Source of the DNA: Parachlamydiaceae bacterium
GTDB lineage: Bacteria > Chlamydiota > Chlamydiia > Chlamydiales > Parachlamydiaceae
Direction of reading: 5' to 3'
NCBI GenBank assembly: GCA_044226925.1
Contig: JBGAGC010000001.1
Coordinates: 474,862-538,861, forward strand
Length of the DNA: 64,000 nt
This document shows, in pieces, positions 26,529 to 35,489 of the stretch. Numbering within the stretch: position 1 is the first letter of the stretch; each line of letters begins with the position of its first letter. A program made the translations under genes and the position numbers. A model generated the notes under the pieces. The model did no database searches. It was given only the letters and a program-made list of their open reading frames with translations, and had not been told where the DNA came from.

Positions 26529-27533
26529 ATGAAAAAAATTGGTTATTTAGGCATGGGAGCCTGGGGGTATTGCTTAGCTTCTTTGCTTGCTGCGAAAGAA
26601 GAATACGAGTTAGTCTGCTGGACAACAAAGCCAGATTTAGCACAGCATCTAACGCAAACGTATGAACATCCTCTCCTTCCAGGACATCGATCTAAAGGAA
26701 AAATGACATTTACAACCGATATGGCTCAAGTCTTACACAAAGCGGATATGATTGTAGAATCAGTGACTTCTGCTGGCCTTCGCCCTGTTTTTGAACAAGT
26801 GCGTTCTTTAGGTTTACCGCTTTGTCCAATTGTCATTACATCGAAAGGCATCGAACAAGATACAGGACGCATCCTTCCTGAAGTGGTTCTTGAAATTCTA
26901 GAAGAAGATTTTCGTCCATTTATTGGATCTTTAAGTGGTCCTAGCTTTGCTCAAGAAGTCATCCGCGGTTTACCTACTTCTGTTGTTGGCACAGGATATT
27001 CTCTAGAAGTCATTCAAAGTATTTGTGAAACATTCACCACTCCTAGCTTTCGTATTTATCCAAATACCGACATTTTAGGAGTTGCATTTGGAGGAGCTCT
27101 CAAAAATATTATTGCAATTGCCTGTGGTATCTCTGAAGGATTATCTCTTGGTAGCAGTTCAAAAGCGGCTTTAATGACAAGAGGATTGCATGAGATTCGC
27201 AAGCTTGCTGTTGCTTGTGGATGTAAACCTGAAACCATTAATGGCTTAGCAGGAATGGGTGATTTATGTTTAACTTGCAGCTCCACCATGAGCCGTAATT
27301 TTCGCTTTGGCACACTCTTAGCTCAAGGAGTTTCTTCAGAAGAAGCTCAGAAGCGCATTGGAATGGTTGTAGAAGGTGCTTATACCTGCGTCTCAGCTCT
27401 TCAATTGAGCAAGCAATATCAAGTCGATTTACCCATCGCAGAAGCTGTTCATCAAATTATTTATTATTCTATGCGTCCCATTGACGCTGTCAGCGCATTA
27501 ATGCAAAGAACCATTAAAGAAGAACATTTGTAA
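26529..27533 (+). CDS. gpsA: NAD(P)H-dependent glycerol-3-phosphate dehydrogenase
   Basis: 334 aa. Motifs GYLGMGAWG, LSGPSFAQEV, GGALKNIIAIACGISEGL and GLAGMGDLCLTC. Confidence 0.9.
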   Translation: MKKIGYLGMGAWGYCLASLLAAKEEYELVCWTTKPDLAQHLTQTYEHPLLPGHRSKGKMTFTTDMAQVLHKADMIVESVTSAGLRPVFEQVRSLGLPLCPIVITSKGIEQDTGRILPEVVLEILEEDFRPFIGSLSGPSFAQEVIRGLPTSVVGTGYSLEVIQSICETFTTPSFRIYPNTDILGVAFGGALKNIIAIACGISEGLSLGSSSKAALMTRGLHEIRKLAVACGCKPETINGLAGMGDLCLTCSSTMSRNFRFGTLLAQGVSSEEAQKRIGMVVEGAYTCVSALQLSKQYQVDLPIAEAVHQIIYYSMRPIDAVSALMQRTIKEEHL

Positions 27534-27540
27534 TGATCTT

Positions 27541-29055
27541 ATGAAAATTGTATCTGCCAAAGCCATGTCTGAATTAGAAGTCCATGCCTACGAGCAAGGA
27601 TATAAAGAAGCTGATTTTATGGAAAAGGCAGGACTGGGCATTGCGCTTGCCACTCAAGACTTTATTGATGAACATGATCTTCCTCACTGCATCTGGCTTT
27701 TATGCGGCAAAGGTAATAATGGCGGCGATGCATTTGTGGCAGGCTGCTATTTAATGGATCAAGGTTATCAGGTGAATGCCATCCAATTAGACGAGCTCAT
27801 CCACTGTTCACCTCTTTGCCAGCAAAATGGACAACGCTTTCAAAATCGAGGTGGAAAGATCATTCGTCAAATAGAATCTTTTCATCCTTCTGGTGTCATT
27901 TTAGATGGCTTATTTGGCACAGGATTTAAAGGTCAAGTGCGAGAGCCTTATGCTTCCTTGATTCAAACTGCCAACCAAAGTAAATTTCCTATTTTAGCCA
28001 TTGATATTCCATCTGGACTCAATGGCTCTACAGGCCAAATAGAAGGACCTGTCATTCAAGCAACAGAAACAATTTTTTTAGGTCTTCCTAAAACAGGATT
28101 CTTTTTAGAAAATAGCTGGAATGTTGTCGGGCAATTACGAGGGGTTGATTTTGGTCTGTCTCAAGCCATCATTAATCAAGCTACAGCAGACTTTGAATTA
28201 ATCACGGAAGTAAAAGCTGCAAGTTTACTTCCGCCAATTAAGCGGAATCGGCATAAATATCAAGCAGGCTATGTGATTGGCCTTGCAGGCTCTCCTACAA
28301 TGCCAGGAGCTGCTCTCTTATCTTCGCTAGCAGCATTCAGGGGAGGCAGCGGAATGGTGCGTTTGCTTCATCCTCGTGAAATGGAGGCAGAGCTTTCTTC
28401 TAGTCCTTATGAACTCATTAAAATTCCTTATGCCTATGAAGATATTGAAGAAGTTAGCCAAATCATGCACAAAGCTTCTGCAACGTTTATTGGCCCAGGA
28501 CTCGGGCGCACCGATCAAACAAGGCATCTTTTGCAGGGCATCATGCCTACTCTTGAAAAGCCTTGTGTGATTGATGCAGATGCATTGACACTATTTGCAG
28601 ATGGAGCTTTTCAGCTTCCCAAACAGGCCATTTTAACTCCTCATACCGGCGAAATGCAAACCCTCTTAAGAACTTCTGAGCGCCTTATTCTCAATTTTGA
28701 GTTATTGCAAATCTGTCAACTCTATGCAGAAGATCATCATATCACTCTCATTTTAAAAGGAGCCCCCACTTTTATTTTTCATCCCCAAGCTCCTATTTTT
28801 GTGAATCCTACAGGTGACCCCGGAATGGCGACAGCAGGCAGCGGAGATGTCTTAACTGGCCTTTTGGCTTCTTTATTATCTCAAGGATTAACTTGCCATC
28901 AAGCTGCAATTTTAGGAGTGTATTTACATGGATTGGCTGGAGAATTCGCTGCTAAGCAACGACAAACTTCTTACGGCATGATGGCGACGGATTTAATTGA
29001 TCATTTTGCTTCTGCTTTTTACTTCTTACAAGCATTCACGCTAAAATCGAGTTAG
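27541..29055 (+). CDS. nnr: bifunctional NAD(P)H-hydrate repair enzyme (epimerase + ADP-dependent dehydratase)
   Basis: 504 aa. YjeF_N motif GKGNNGGDAFVAG. C-terminal carbohydrate-kinase motifs GPGLG and GSGDVLTG. Confidence 0.85.
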   Translation: MKIVSAKAMSELEVHAYEQGYKEADFMEKAGLGIALATQDFIDEHDLPHCIWLLCGKGNNGGDAFVAGCYLMDQGYQVNAIQLDELIHCSPLCQQNGQRFQNRGGKIIRQIESFHPSGVILDGLFGTGFKGQVREPYASLIQTANQSKFPILAIDIPSGLNGSTGQIEGPVIQATETIFLGLPKTGFFLENSWNVVGQLRGVDFGLSQAIINQATADFELITEVKAASLLPPIKRNRHKYQAGYVIGLAGSPTMPGAALLSSLAAFRGGSGMVRLLHPREMEAELSSSPYELIKIPYAYEDIEEVSQIMHKASATFIGPGLGRTDQTRHLLQGIMPTLEKPCVIDADALTLFADGAFQLPKQAILTPHTGEMQTLLRTSERLILNFELLQICQLYAEDHHITLILKGAPTFIFHPQAPIFVNPTGDPGMATAGSGDVLTGLLASLLSQGLTCHQAAILGVYLHGLAGEFAAKQRQTSYGMMATDLIDHFASAFYFLQAFTLKSS

Positions 29056-29207
29056 CCGATTCACAAGTTGGAATGAACAAGATGAAAAATAGGCTGAGTT
29101 ACACATTTTCCAAAATCTGTGCATCACTTGCATTTTGAATTTTTCGCCTGTTGCTTCCAAGTCTTACCAGAAGAGCTTTCAAGTTGGCAAAAAACTCAAA
29201 ATCTAGG

Positions 29208-29867
29208 TTAATAATTGGGAACATAACGCTCAGGAAGACGACTGATCACAGGCTTTCTAGCAGCTGCAGGATTAGGATTTTCAATTTGTTCAATATAGGG
29301 AAGATCAGCTTCTTTCTTAATTAGAGCTAACTCACGGCTTTTATAGTAGGGCTCAAAACGATCATGGTTCCAATCAATGCCATTAAGGGACGGATCTTTG
29401 CGATCAAAAGCATAGAAATGCAAACATCCAGCTTGCAACCATGCCATCCCCACATAAAGTTCATCAATATAACGCCCATAAAAACTTTCAAAATTGATTC
29501 GAACGTCTAAGTCGTTTGCTGTAAAAGGAAAGTGATCAAGTTCATAGCTAATGACAGAATTATTATTGAGACGATAGAGAAGCTCTTCAACAACTTCTAC
29601 CATCAGTAAACGAGCATCATAGACTGTGAGCAAGCGCTGAGAAGAATAACGCAAGACAAGTTTTGTGATATAATCATCATAAGCAGCCCAAGAATCTTCT
29701 AATTCTAAATGCTTGTCAATTTTCATTTTGGTCGAAAAATTGATAATAATGCGCGATAATTCTTCAGAATCAATTTTTTTTACCCAAGGACCAACTCCCA
29801 CCACTTTCGGCTGACATCCAGTCAAAATTGCTGCTAAAAACATCCATAAAACTGCTATCTTACGCAT
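29208..29867 (-). CDS. hypothetical lipoprotein
   Basis: 219 aa. Signal peptide with lipobox MRKIAVLWMFLAAILTGC. No recognised family. Confidence 0.6.
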   Translation of the reverse strand: MRKIAVLWMFLAAILTGCQPKVVGVGPWVKKIDSEELSRIIINFSTKMKIDKHLELEDSWAAYDDYITKLVLRYSSQRLLTVYDARLLMVEVVEELLYRLNNNSVISYELDHFPFTANDLDVRINFESFYGRYIDELYVGMAWLQAGCLHFYAFDRKDPSLNGIDWNHDRFEPYYKSRELALIKKEADLPYIEQIENPNPAAARKPVISRLPERYVPNY

Positions 29868-29982
29868 GGTGGGCTTGCTCCATCGAATTTATCACATGAT
29901 TGCCATAACAAAATTAAACGAATCGAGTAAATAAAAAAATAAAAAAGTGCAGATTTTATTTGTTGCACTTCCGTTACTATTT

Positions 29983-30591
29983 TTACTGCGAGGTGGCTAA
30001 TTCCTTACTTTGCTGATTCATGTGTATGTCTTCTTTTACTTTTTCTTCTACTGTCTCTACATTTTTGCCTGGTATCTTCTTATTATTCATTAATCGATCC
30101 ACTATTTCAGGAGATTGTTCATCTAATTGAGCCAATAACTGACAAGCTTTTGTTGTTGCAACGGCTTCTATACAAGATAGATCTTGTGATCCCATTGCGA
30201 AAACAATCTCTTGTCTCAAATGTGGGGGTGTGGGTGCTTTCAATACAGCAAGAACTTGCTGAGCTAAGTAAGTTCTAAAGTCCTGCTGTCTTGCAGTTAA
30301 AGGTGCAGGCTTTGTTTGAGAATCCGGTTGAACCCAAAGTTTTTTTGTTAGTAATTTTTCTGCTATCATTTTTGGTGTTAAGCTTGCAGCAGAAGTCTCT
30401 TCCTCTATGATTTCAAAGAATTGTTGAATGAGATCATTAATGATTTGTTCTCTAGCTTGAAAAATAAAGTGCTCCATGACTTTTTGATCCGGAAAAACAA
30501 TGACTTTTGTGATTCTTTTTTCTTTTTTGTCATAATCATAATCAAATAATTTTGGTTTCGTGTCTATTCTGAGATTGCTAAGAAATGTCAT
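29983..30591 (-). CDS. hypothetical protein (lineage-specific orphan)
   Basis: 202-aa ORF with no TM segment or signal peptide and no recognised motif. Confidence 0.5.
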   Translation of the reverse strand: MTFLSNLRIDTKPKLFDYDYDKKEKRITKVIVFPDQKVMEHFIFQAREQIINDLIQQFFEIIEEETSAASLTPKMIAEKLLTKKLWVQPDSQTKPAPLTARQQDFRTYLAQQVLAVLKAPTPPHLRQEIVFAMGSQDLSCIEAVATTKACQLLAQLDEQSPEIVDRLMNNKKIPGKNVETVEEKVKEDIHMNQQSKELATSQ

Positions 30592-30932
30592 GGCTGTCTC
30601 CTAAAATATCTAATTCCTTTATATCATGATGAATATTGAGTATTTGAATTTTTAAATAGCTTTATTTTATCCATTCCTGAAATTGTCAAAATTAAGGACA
30701 TCTCTTCAATAGGCTAGTTTATTGAAAGTCTCATCAGACAAAGAAAAGACTGAGTGTTAAGATCCTGTGAAGACATATTCATTGCTTAACCACTCACTAT
30801 TCATGTAGTTAAAAATCATAATATTTATTTTTAACAGCAACATTAAATTTATTTATAATAAAAAAACAAATGATTATTATTCTCATGCAACACAATTATT
30901 GAACATATTAAATATTGCAAAGGAGATTTTAA

Positions 30933-31541
30933 ATGATCAACACGATTGATGCTCGTTATTTGGAAGCTGTTCAAAAGTTTGACTGGTCGGAACAAGTAGA
31001 CAATTCAACTTTGTCTATTTCAAATGTTGACTTAGATGCAGTCGTTAACGAAATTGCTCAAAAAATTATTGCAGCTTCTCAATTAAGACCCATAATTAGT
31101 CAAATATTCCAAGATCCCCTTTCTTTGTCCCAAACTTGGGCGTATATCGTTCAAGATCTAGATAACAAATTCGGTCAACAGACAATTCAGAAAATTCTCA
31201 ATGCTTCTGCTAAAGAAGTCAAGATTCTGAATCAAACCGTAAAAAAATTGTCTGATCTATTTAAACAGGTTACAAATGAAGACTTAAAAGCTGCAACGTT
31301 GTTATTTGGAATTCAACGTATTCATGAACTTGCTGCAGCAAACCTCACTGTCATTCCCACTCAATTAACGAAAACCCAGCAAATGGAGTTGGCTTTATCT
31401 AAATTGATTCTTGAGAGAAACCAAATTTCTAATGAGGCAATGACTAAAGGAGGTCCTTCTATTTTGGCAAAAATTAATGAGATAGATCAAGCCATTGAAA
31501 AGTATTCAGAACTTTTAAAAACGCTTAAACAACCTCAATAA
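30933..31541 (+). CDS. hypothetical protein (lineage-specific orphan)
   Basis: 202-aa ORF preceded by AAAGGAGA 7 nt upstream of the ATG. Helical, Gln/Leu/Ile-rich. No recognised motif. Confidence 0.55.
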   Translation: MINTIDARYLEAVQKFDWSEQVDNSTLSISNVDLDAVVNEIAQKIIAASQLRPIISQIFQDPLSLSQTWAYIVQDLDNKFGQQTIQKILNASAKEVKILNQTVKKLSDLFKQVTNEDLKAATLLFGIQRIHELAAANLTVIPTQLTKTQQMELALSKLILERNQISNEAMTKGGPSILAKINEIDQAIEKYSELLKTLKQPQ

Positions 31542-31578
31542 ACAGTTAGCGAGATAATTTTCTCGCTCTAATCCATTC

Positions 31579-31603
31579 GGATGAGCAGAAATCTAGCTCA
31601 TCC
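31579..31603. terminator. stem-loop terminator between convergent genes
   Basis: GGATGAGC-agaaatcta-GCTCATCC followed by TTATTTATCTT. A second hairpin AGCGAGA-taatttt-TCTCGCT lies just upstream (31548-31568). Confidence 0.65.
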
Positions 31604-31623
31604 TTATTTATCTTAAATTCTAT

Positions 31624-32586
31624 TCATTTAACTTGGTAATAATCTTTATACCATTTCACAAAATGAGCAAGCCCCTCTTCTAAAGAAACCTTAGGTACAA
31701 AATTTAAATGATTTTTGCTTTCTTCAATGCAAGCATAAGTAGAAAGCACATCTCCTGGTTGCATCGGCAATAAAACCTTTTGTGCTTTGCGCCCGAGTTC
31801 TTTTTCCAAGATCGCAATCAAATGTAAAAGCTCTTCAGGCTGATGATGGCCTAAATTAAACGTCGCATAAGGCAAAGCGCGATCTAAGGCGGCTGTTGTT
31901 CCTTCTACTATATCGTCAATATAAGTAAAATCGCGGCGCATTTGACCGTGGTTGTAAATTTCAATGGGTTTATTTTCGAGAATTGCCCGAGTAAACAAGA
32001 AATAAGCCATATCTGGCCTTCCCCATGGGCCATACACAGTAAAAAAGCGAAGACCTGTGACCGAAATGCCAAAAAGATGATGGTAAGAGTGCGCCATCAA
32101 TTCATTTGTTTTCTTTGTCACCCCATACAAACTTGCTTGATGATCGGTACGATCCTCAATCGCAAAAGGCACTTTTTGATTTAAGCCATAGACAGAAGAC
32201 GAAGAGGCATAAATTAAGGGAATATGAGAATGAGTACGGCACACCTCTAAAATATTGAGAAAACCCTCAATATTAGATTGTAAATACGTTTGAGGATTTT
32301 GCAGCGAATAGCGAACTCCTGCCTGAGCAGCCAGATGCAATATGTGGGTGGTTTGGTGTTGTTCAACAGCTTGTTGAAGAGCTTGACGGTCCTGTAAACT
32401 TCCTTCCAGTACCGTGATCCCCAACTTCTCTAATTCAGCTGCTCGCGCTCGTTTTAGCTGCGGATCATAATAGGAGTTAAAATTATCATAGCCAATGACA
32501 TGATCCCCTCTTTGATGTAAGTGGCGGGCCATGTGAAATCCAATAAAGCCGGCAGCGCCGGTAATGAAAATATGTTTTCTCGTCAT
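31624..32586 (-). CDS. NAD-dependent sugar-nucleotide epimerase (UDP-glucuronate 4-epimerase-like SDR)
   Basis: 320 aa. Motifs ITGAAGFIGFH, SSSSVYG and YGVTKKTNELMA (YxxxK). Extended-SDR architecture. Confidence 0.8.
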   Translation of the reverse strand: MTRKHIFITGAAGFIGFHMARHLHQRGDHVIGYDNFNSYYDPQLKRARAAELEKLGITVLEGSLQDRQALQQAVEQHQTTHILHLAAQAGVRYSLQNPQTYLQSNIEGFLNILEVCRTHSHIPLIYASSSSVYGLNQKVPFAIEDRTDHQASLYGVTKKTNELMAHSYHHLFGISVTGLRFFTVYGPWGRPDMAYFLFTRAILENKPIEIYNHGQMRRDFTYIDDIVEGTTAALDRALPYATFNLGHHQPEELLHLIAILEKELGRKAQKVLLPMQPGDVLSTYACIEESKNHLNFVPKVSLEEGLAHFVKWYKDYYQVK

Positions 32587-32630
32587 CTTAAGTCTAAAAG
32601 TTAAAATTATGATTTCTACTATTAAAAAAC

Positions 32631-33467
32631 TTAGCTTTCATGGGAAACTCCCAATAAGGCCAACAAACGATCTAAATCATCAAAATTATAATAATCAAGG
32701 CTAATGCGCCCTTTTTTACCTTTGGCTTGAATGGACACTTTTGTGCCAAACCGTTCTCTGATTTTTTCAGCCAATTGTTCTAAATAAAAATCACGTGGCA
32801 CATAACTGAGTTGCTGTTTTTTAGCTTTTTCTCCAATACGGCTAGCCGCTTGTTCAGCCTCGCGCACATTGAGGTCATCTCGCAAAATAAGCTCATGCAA
32901 TAAAATTTGTTTATCTTCTTGATCTAAAGCCAAGATGGCTTTGGCATGTCCCATCGTGACACAGCCTTTAACAATACTTTCTTGAATGGTTTGAGGAAGA
33001 GCTAATAAACGTAGATAATTGGCAACAGTTGAACGTTTTTTTCCAATTTGCTGCGCTAACTGGTCTTGCGTAAGTCCAAATTCAATCATCAACCTTTTGA
33101 GAGCTTTTGCGATTTCTAAGGGATTAAGATCTACTCTTTGGATATTTTCAATTAAAGCAGCTTGAGCTGAAACAGAATAATGAGTTTTTCGAATATAAAC
33201 GGGAATAGTCGATAAGGCAGCTAATTGAGCAGCACGAAAACGCCGTTCGCCTGAAATTAATTCATATCGATCAGCAGTTGGTAGGGGGCGAACCAAGGGA
33301 GGATGAAGAATGCCGACTGCTCGGATAGATTGGGCTAATTCTTCCAAATCTTCTGGTTTAAAGTCCCGTCTAGGTTGATAAGGATTCACAACAATTTGAG
33401 ACAAGAGAACATGTTTTAATTCATCTTGATGTTGAGAGTCAGAAAAAGAGGAATCCACTTTTTTCAA
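32631..33467 (-). CDS. parB: chromosome partitioning protein ParB/Spo0J
   Basis: 278 aa. Motifs NPYQPRRDF, ISGERRFRAAQLA and an HTH LTQDQLAQQIGKKRSTVANYLRLL. Confidence 0.9.
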   Translation of the reverse strand: MKKVDSSFSDSQHQDELKHVLLSQIVVNPYQPRRDFKPEDLEELAQSIRAVGILHPPLVRPLPTADRYELISGERRFRAAQLAALSTIPVYIRKTHYSVSAQAALIENIQRVDLNPLEIAKALKRLMIEFGLTQDQLAQQIGKKRSTVANYLRLLALPQTIQESIVKGCVTMGHAKAILALDQEDKQILLHELILRDDLNVREAEQAASRIGEKAKKQQLSYVPRDFYLEQLAEKIRERFGTKVSIQAKGKKGRISLDYYNFDDLDRLLALLGVSHES

Positions 33468-33788
33468 TCCTTAAATTAAATCTTACCATAAAAGCGTCTC
33501 TCTGAATTACGAAGCTTTTGCTTTAAGGTAAAATTTTAATGAAATCAAAACTCGCTTAAATCAAATGCTTAGCAATTCAGAGACATATGCTAAAGTAAAA
33601 ACACATAATCAAAGAAAATGCTGAAAAATATTATGGTTTTATTTATGATTTTTTATCAAATTGACAAATAGGCTTTTTAAGTCAAATTACCTAAGTTTGA
33701 AAACTACTCTTAAGTATCTCTAAAATTTAACTGATAGGCTATTTTAACCCATTTTTCAATTCAGAGCTACTTTAAAGTTTAAGAAGCC

Positions 33789-33901
33789 TTAGAGCCTGTT
33801 AAAAAACCTCTAATGGTTTGAATTGGAGTTCTTTTCCTCTTGGAAGGAAGAAAATCATCTCAAATCCAAGCTATGAAAAGAGATTGAACACGCTCTCAGA
33901 A
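33789..33901. repeat. palindromic intergenic repeat element (family 1, full copy)
   Basis: Left arm TTAGAGCCTGTTAAAAAACCTCTAATGGTTTGAATTGGAG. Right arm CTCAAATCCAAGCTATGAAAAGAGATTGAACACGCTCTCAGAA. Aligns with the copies at 9438 and 45448. Confidence 0.75.
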
Positions 33902-33942
33902 TTGCAGGTCTGACAAAAACCCTTAACCAAGTGATAAATGAT

Positions 33943-34692
33943 ATGAATAAATCTTCAGTCAATTCTTCTCTCAACAATGTTGATCTTGGTGAAGATTGGA
34001 GCTCTCATCCAGCTATAGAATGGTTATCTGCCAATAAAAAATTTCTTCTTTGGGGGTTTTTAGCCCTATTAGCCTGCCTAATCTTAGCTTATCGAATGAT
34101 TGCTACGCGCACATTAAATGCAGAAAGTGATTTTTTTCAGGCACAAACAGCTTTTACTCAATTTCAACAAGCAAGTCTTTCTTCCGAAGAGAATTCAGCA
34201 GAGGCTGATCTTCAGCAATTACAAGCCATTTTACAGCGTCGACCAGAATTAAAGCCTAAATATGAAGGGGCTTTAGCTCAAACATTACTCATTACAGGAC
34301 AAACGGCACAGGCTCAAAATTTTGCCGAAGACATTTTCAAACGCACTCAGCCCGATCACCTTCAACTTTATCAAAATTATTCTCAAACATCTCTTTTGAT
34401 TGCTGAAGGACGCTATGCGGATGCTTTACAACAAGCACAACAATTACAAGCGACTTTGGATCAATTGAATGAGAAAGCCAATCCTACACTTTATGTATTT
34501 AATCTGATCCGCTTAGCAATGCTCTATCAGCAAACAGGCCAGCCACAAGAAGAACTGCAGGTATGGGAACAATTTCAAAATCAGCCTTCTTATCGCCTAG
34601 ATTTTGTGTTAGCAGCCAATCATGCCTTAAAAGTTGGTCAAGCTTCGTTAAATCAATACATCGAAGAGCGGAAGCAGGCTTTGACTCGTTAA
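33943..34692 (+). CDS. hypothetical membrane-anchored helical-repeat (TPR-like) protein
   Basis: About 249 aa from ATG 33943 (the ORF track starts at GTG 33931). One TM segment (FLLWGFLALLACLILAY) followed by a Gln/Ala/Leu-rich helical region. Confidence 0.55.
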   Translation: MNKSSVNSSLNNVDLGEDWSSHPAIEWLSANKKFLLWGFLALLACLILAYRMIATRTLNAESDFFQAQTAFTQFQQASLSSEENSAEADLQQLQAILQRRPELKPKYEGALAQTLLITGQTAQAQNFAEDIFKRTQPDHLQLYQNYSQTSLLIAEGRYADALQQAQQLQATLDQLNEKANPTLYVFNLIRLAMLYQQTGQPQEELQVWEQFQNQPSYRLDFVLAANHALKVGQASLNQYIEERKQALTR

Positions 34693-35178
34693 AAGTGAAA
34701 TGATCGGAACTTGCGAATTAAATCCAAGCCTGATAGATGTAAAAAAATAATTATTAGTTTTTGTTCTTTCTTTATTTTGAGTCTATGTGATTTAAAATAA
34801 ATAAGATCAAAAAAACCACTTTGTTCTAACAAATGAACAAAGTGAATGTGCAAGCCCCAAAAAAGTGGAACGATGGAGCTAAAAAGGAGGTGACATGAGG
34901 CTAGTAAAAAAAAGCTCGAAGCCACAGCGATTGGGGATTTTTCTGAAAAATAAGTAATAAACCTCGCCTCAGGCGAGATAAAATGAATCACGAGAACGAC
35001 GACGAAAAGGCATGATGGCTTAATGCCAAGCCTGTTTGTCTAGCAAATATGTGTTATTTAGAGATTTTGTCATCACTCAATGGCGTCATATTAACTGGAG
35101 GAAGGCTGCATGCATAAGAACAATGCCCTAATTCGTGTTCTCAGATAACTACCTTCTGAAGGTAGATGGAGAGTAACT

Positions 35179-35346
35179 GTGGGCATCATTAATCGCTCGC
35201 TCGCACTTGAAGAAACAAAACAAGTGGAAAACCAATTTGTTGATTTAATTCCTGTGCGACATCTATCTATCAGTAATGCTTCAACTGATACACAACCAAT
35301 TTGTCAAGTTGTGAAAGTCAGTGGAAATATTACCGTTTCTTTCTAA
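35179..35346 (+). CDS. possible small protein (55 aa) of unknown function
   Basis: GTG start preceded by GGAGAG 5 nt upstream. Translation is VGIINRSLALEETKQVENQFVDLIPVRHLSISNASTDTQPICQVVKVSGNITVSF*. A strong terminator follows 20 nt after the stop. It is below the ORF-track size cut-off and no family was recognised. Confidence 0.3.
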   Translation: MGIINRSLALEETKQVENQFVDLIPVRHLSISNASTDTQPICQVVKVSGNITVSF

Positions 35347-35365
35347 TAGAAAGAAAAAATCCATC

Positions 35366-35396
35366 GGCGACTATTTCGGTAGTCGCCTTCTTTTTG
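35366..35396 (+). terminator. rho-independent terminator
   Basis: GGCGACTA-tttcgg-TAGTCGCC (8-bp perfect stem) followed by TTCTTTTT. Confidence 0.8.
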
Positions 35397-35489
35397 GGAA
35401 GACAGAAGATAGAAGATTAAATCACACGAAAAGAGGTGCCTTTTCCTTTTGTCTCCTACCTTCTATCTTCCCAAAACTTCAGGTGTTTC

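Noticed and set aside
26417-26665. 82-aa ORF overlapping the gpsA start
   Set aside because: It starts at TTG, is out of frame with gpsA and has no motif. gpsA has its own ATG at 26529 with a canonical GxGxxG N-terminus.
34689-34991. 100-aa minus-strand ORF in the spacer upstream of aroB
   Set aside because: It has a Phe/Leu/Ile/Ser-rich composition typical of random ORFs in AT-rich DNA, no ribosome-binding site and no motif, and it overlaps the stop of the convergent TPR-like gene. It was not called, though the region as a whole is flagged as a finding.
34990-35180. Known structured RNAs (tmRNA, RNase P RNA, SRP RNA, 6S RNA, common riboswitches) in the aroB-upstream spacer
   Set aside because: By eye I could not find the diagnostic motifs: GGAAAGTCCGGGC for RNase P, the GGAA-tetraloop/AGCAGCC region for SRP, a tRNA-like end for tmRNA, or the TPP/FMN/purine cores. 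A covariance-model scan is needed before naming anything.
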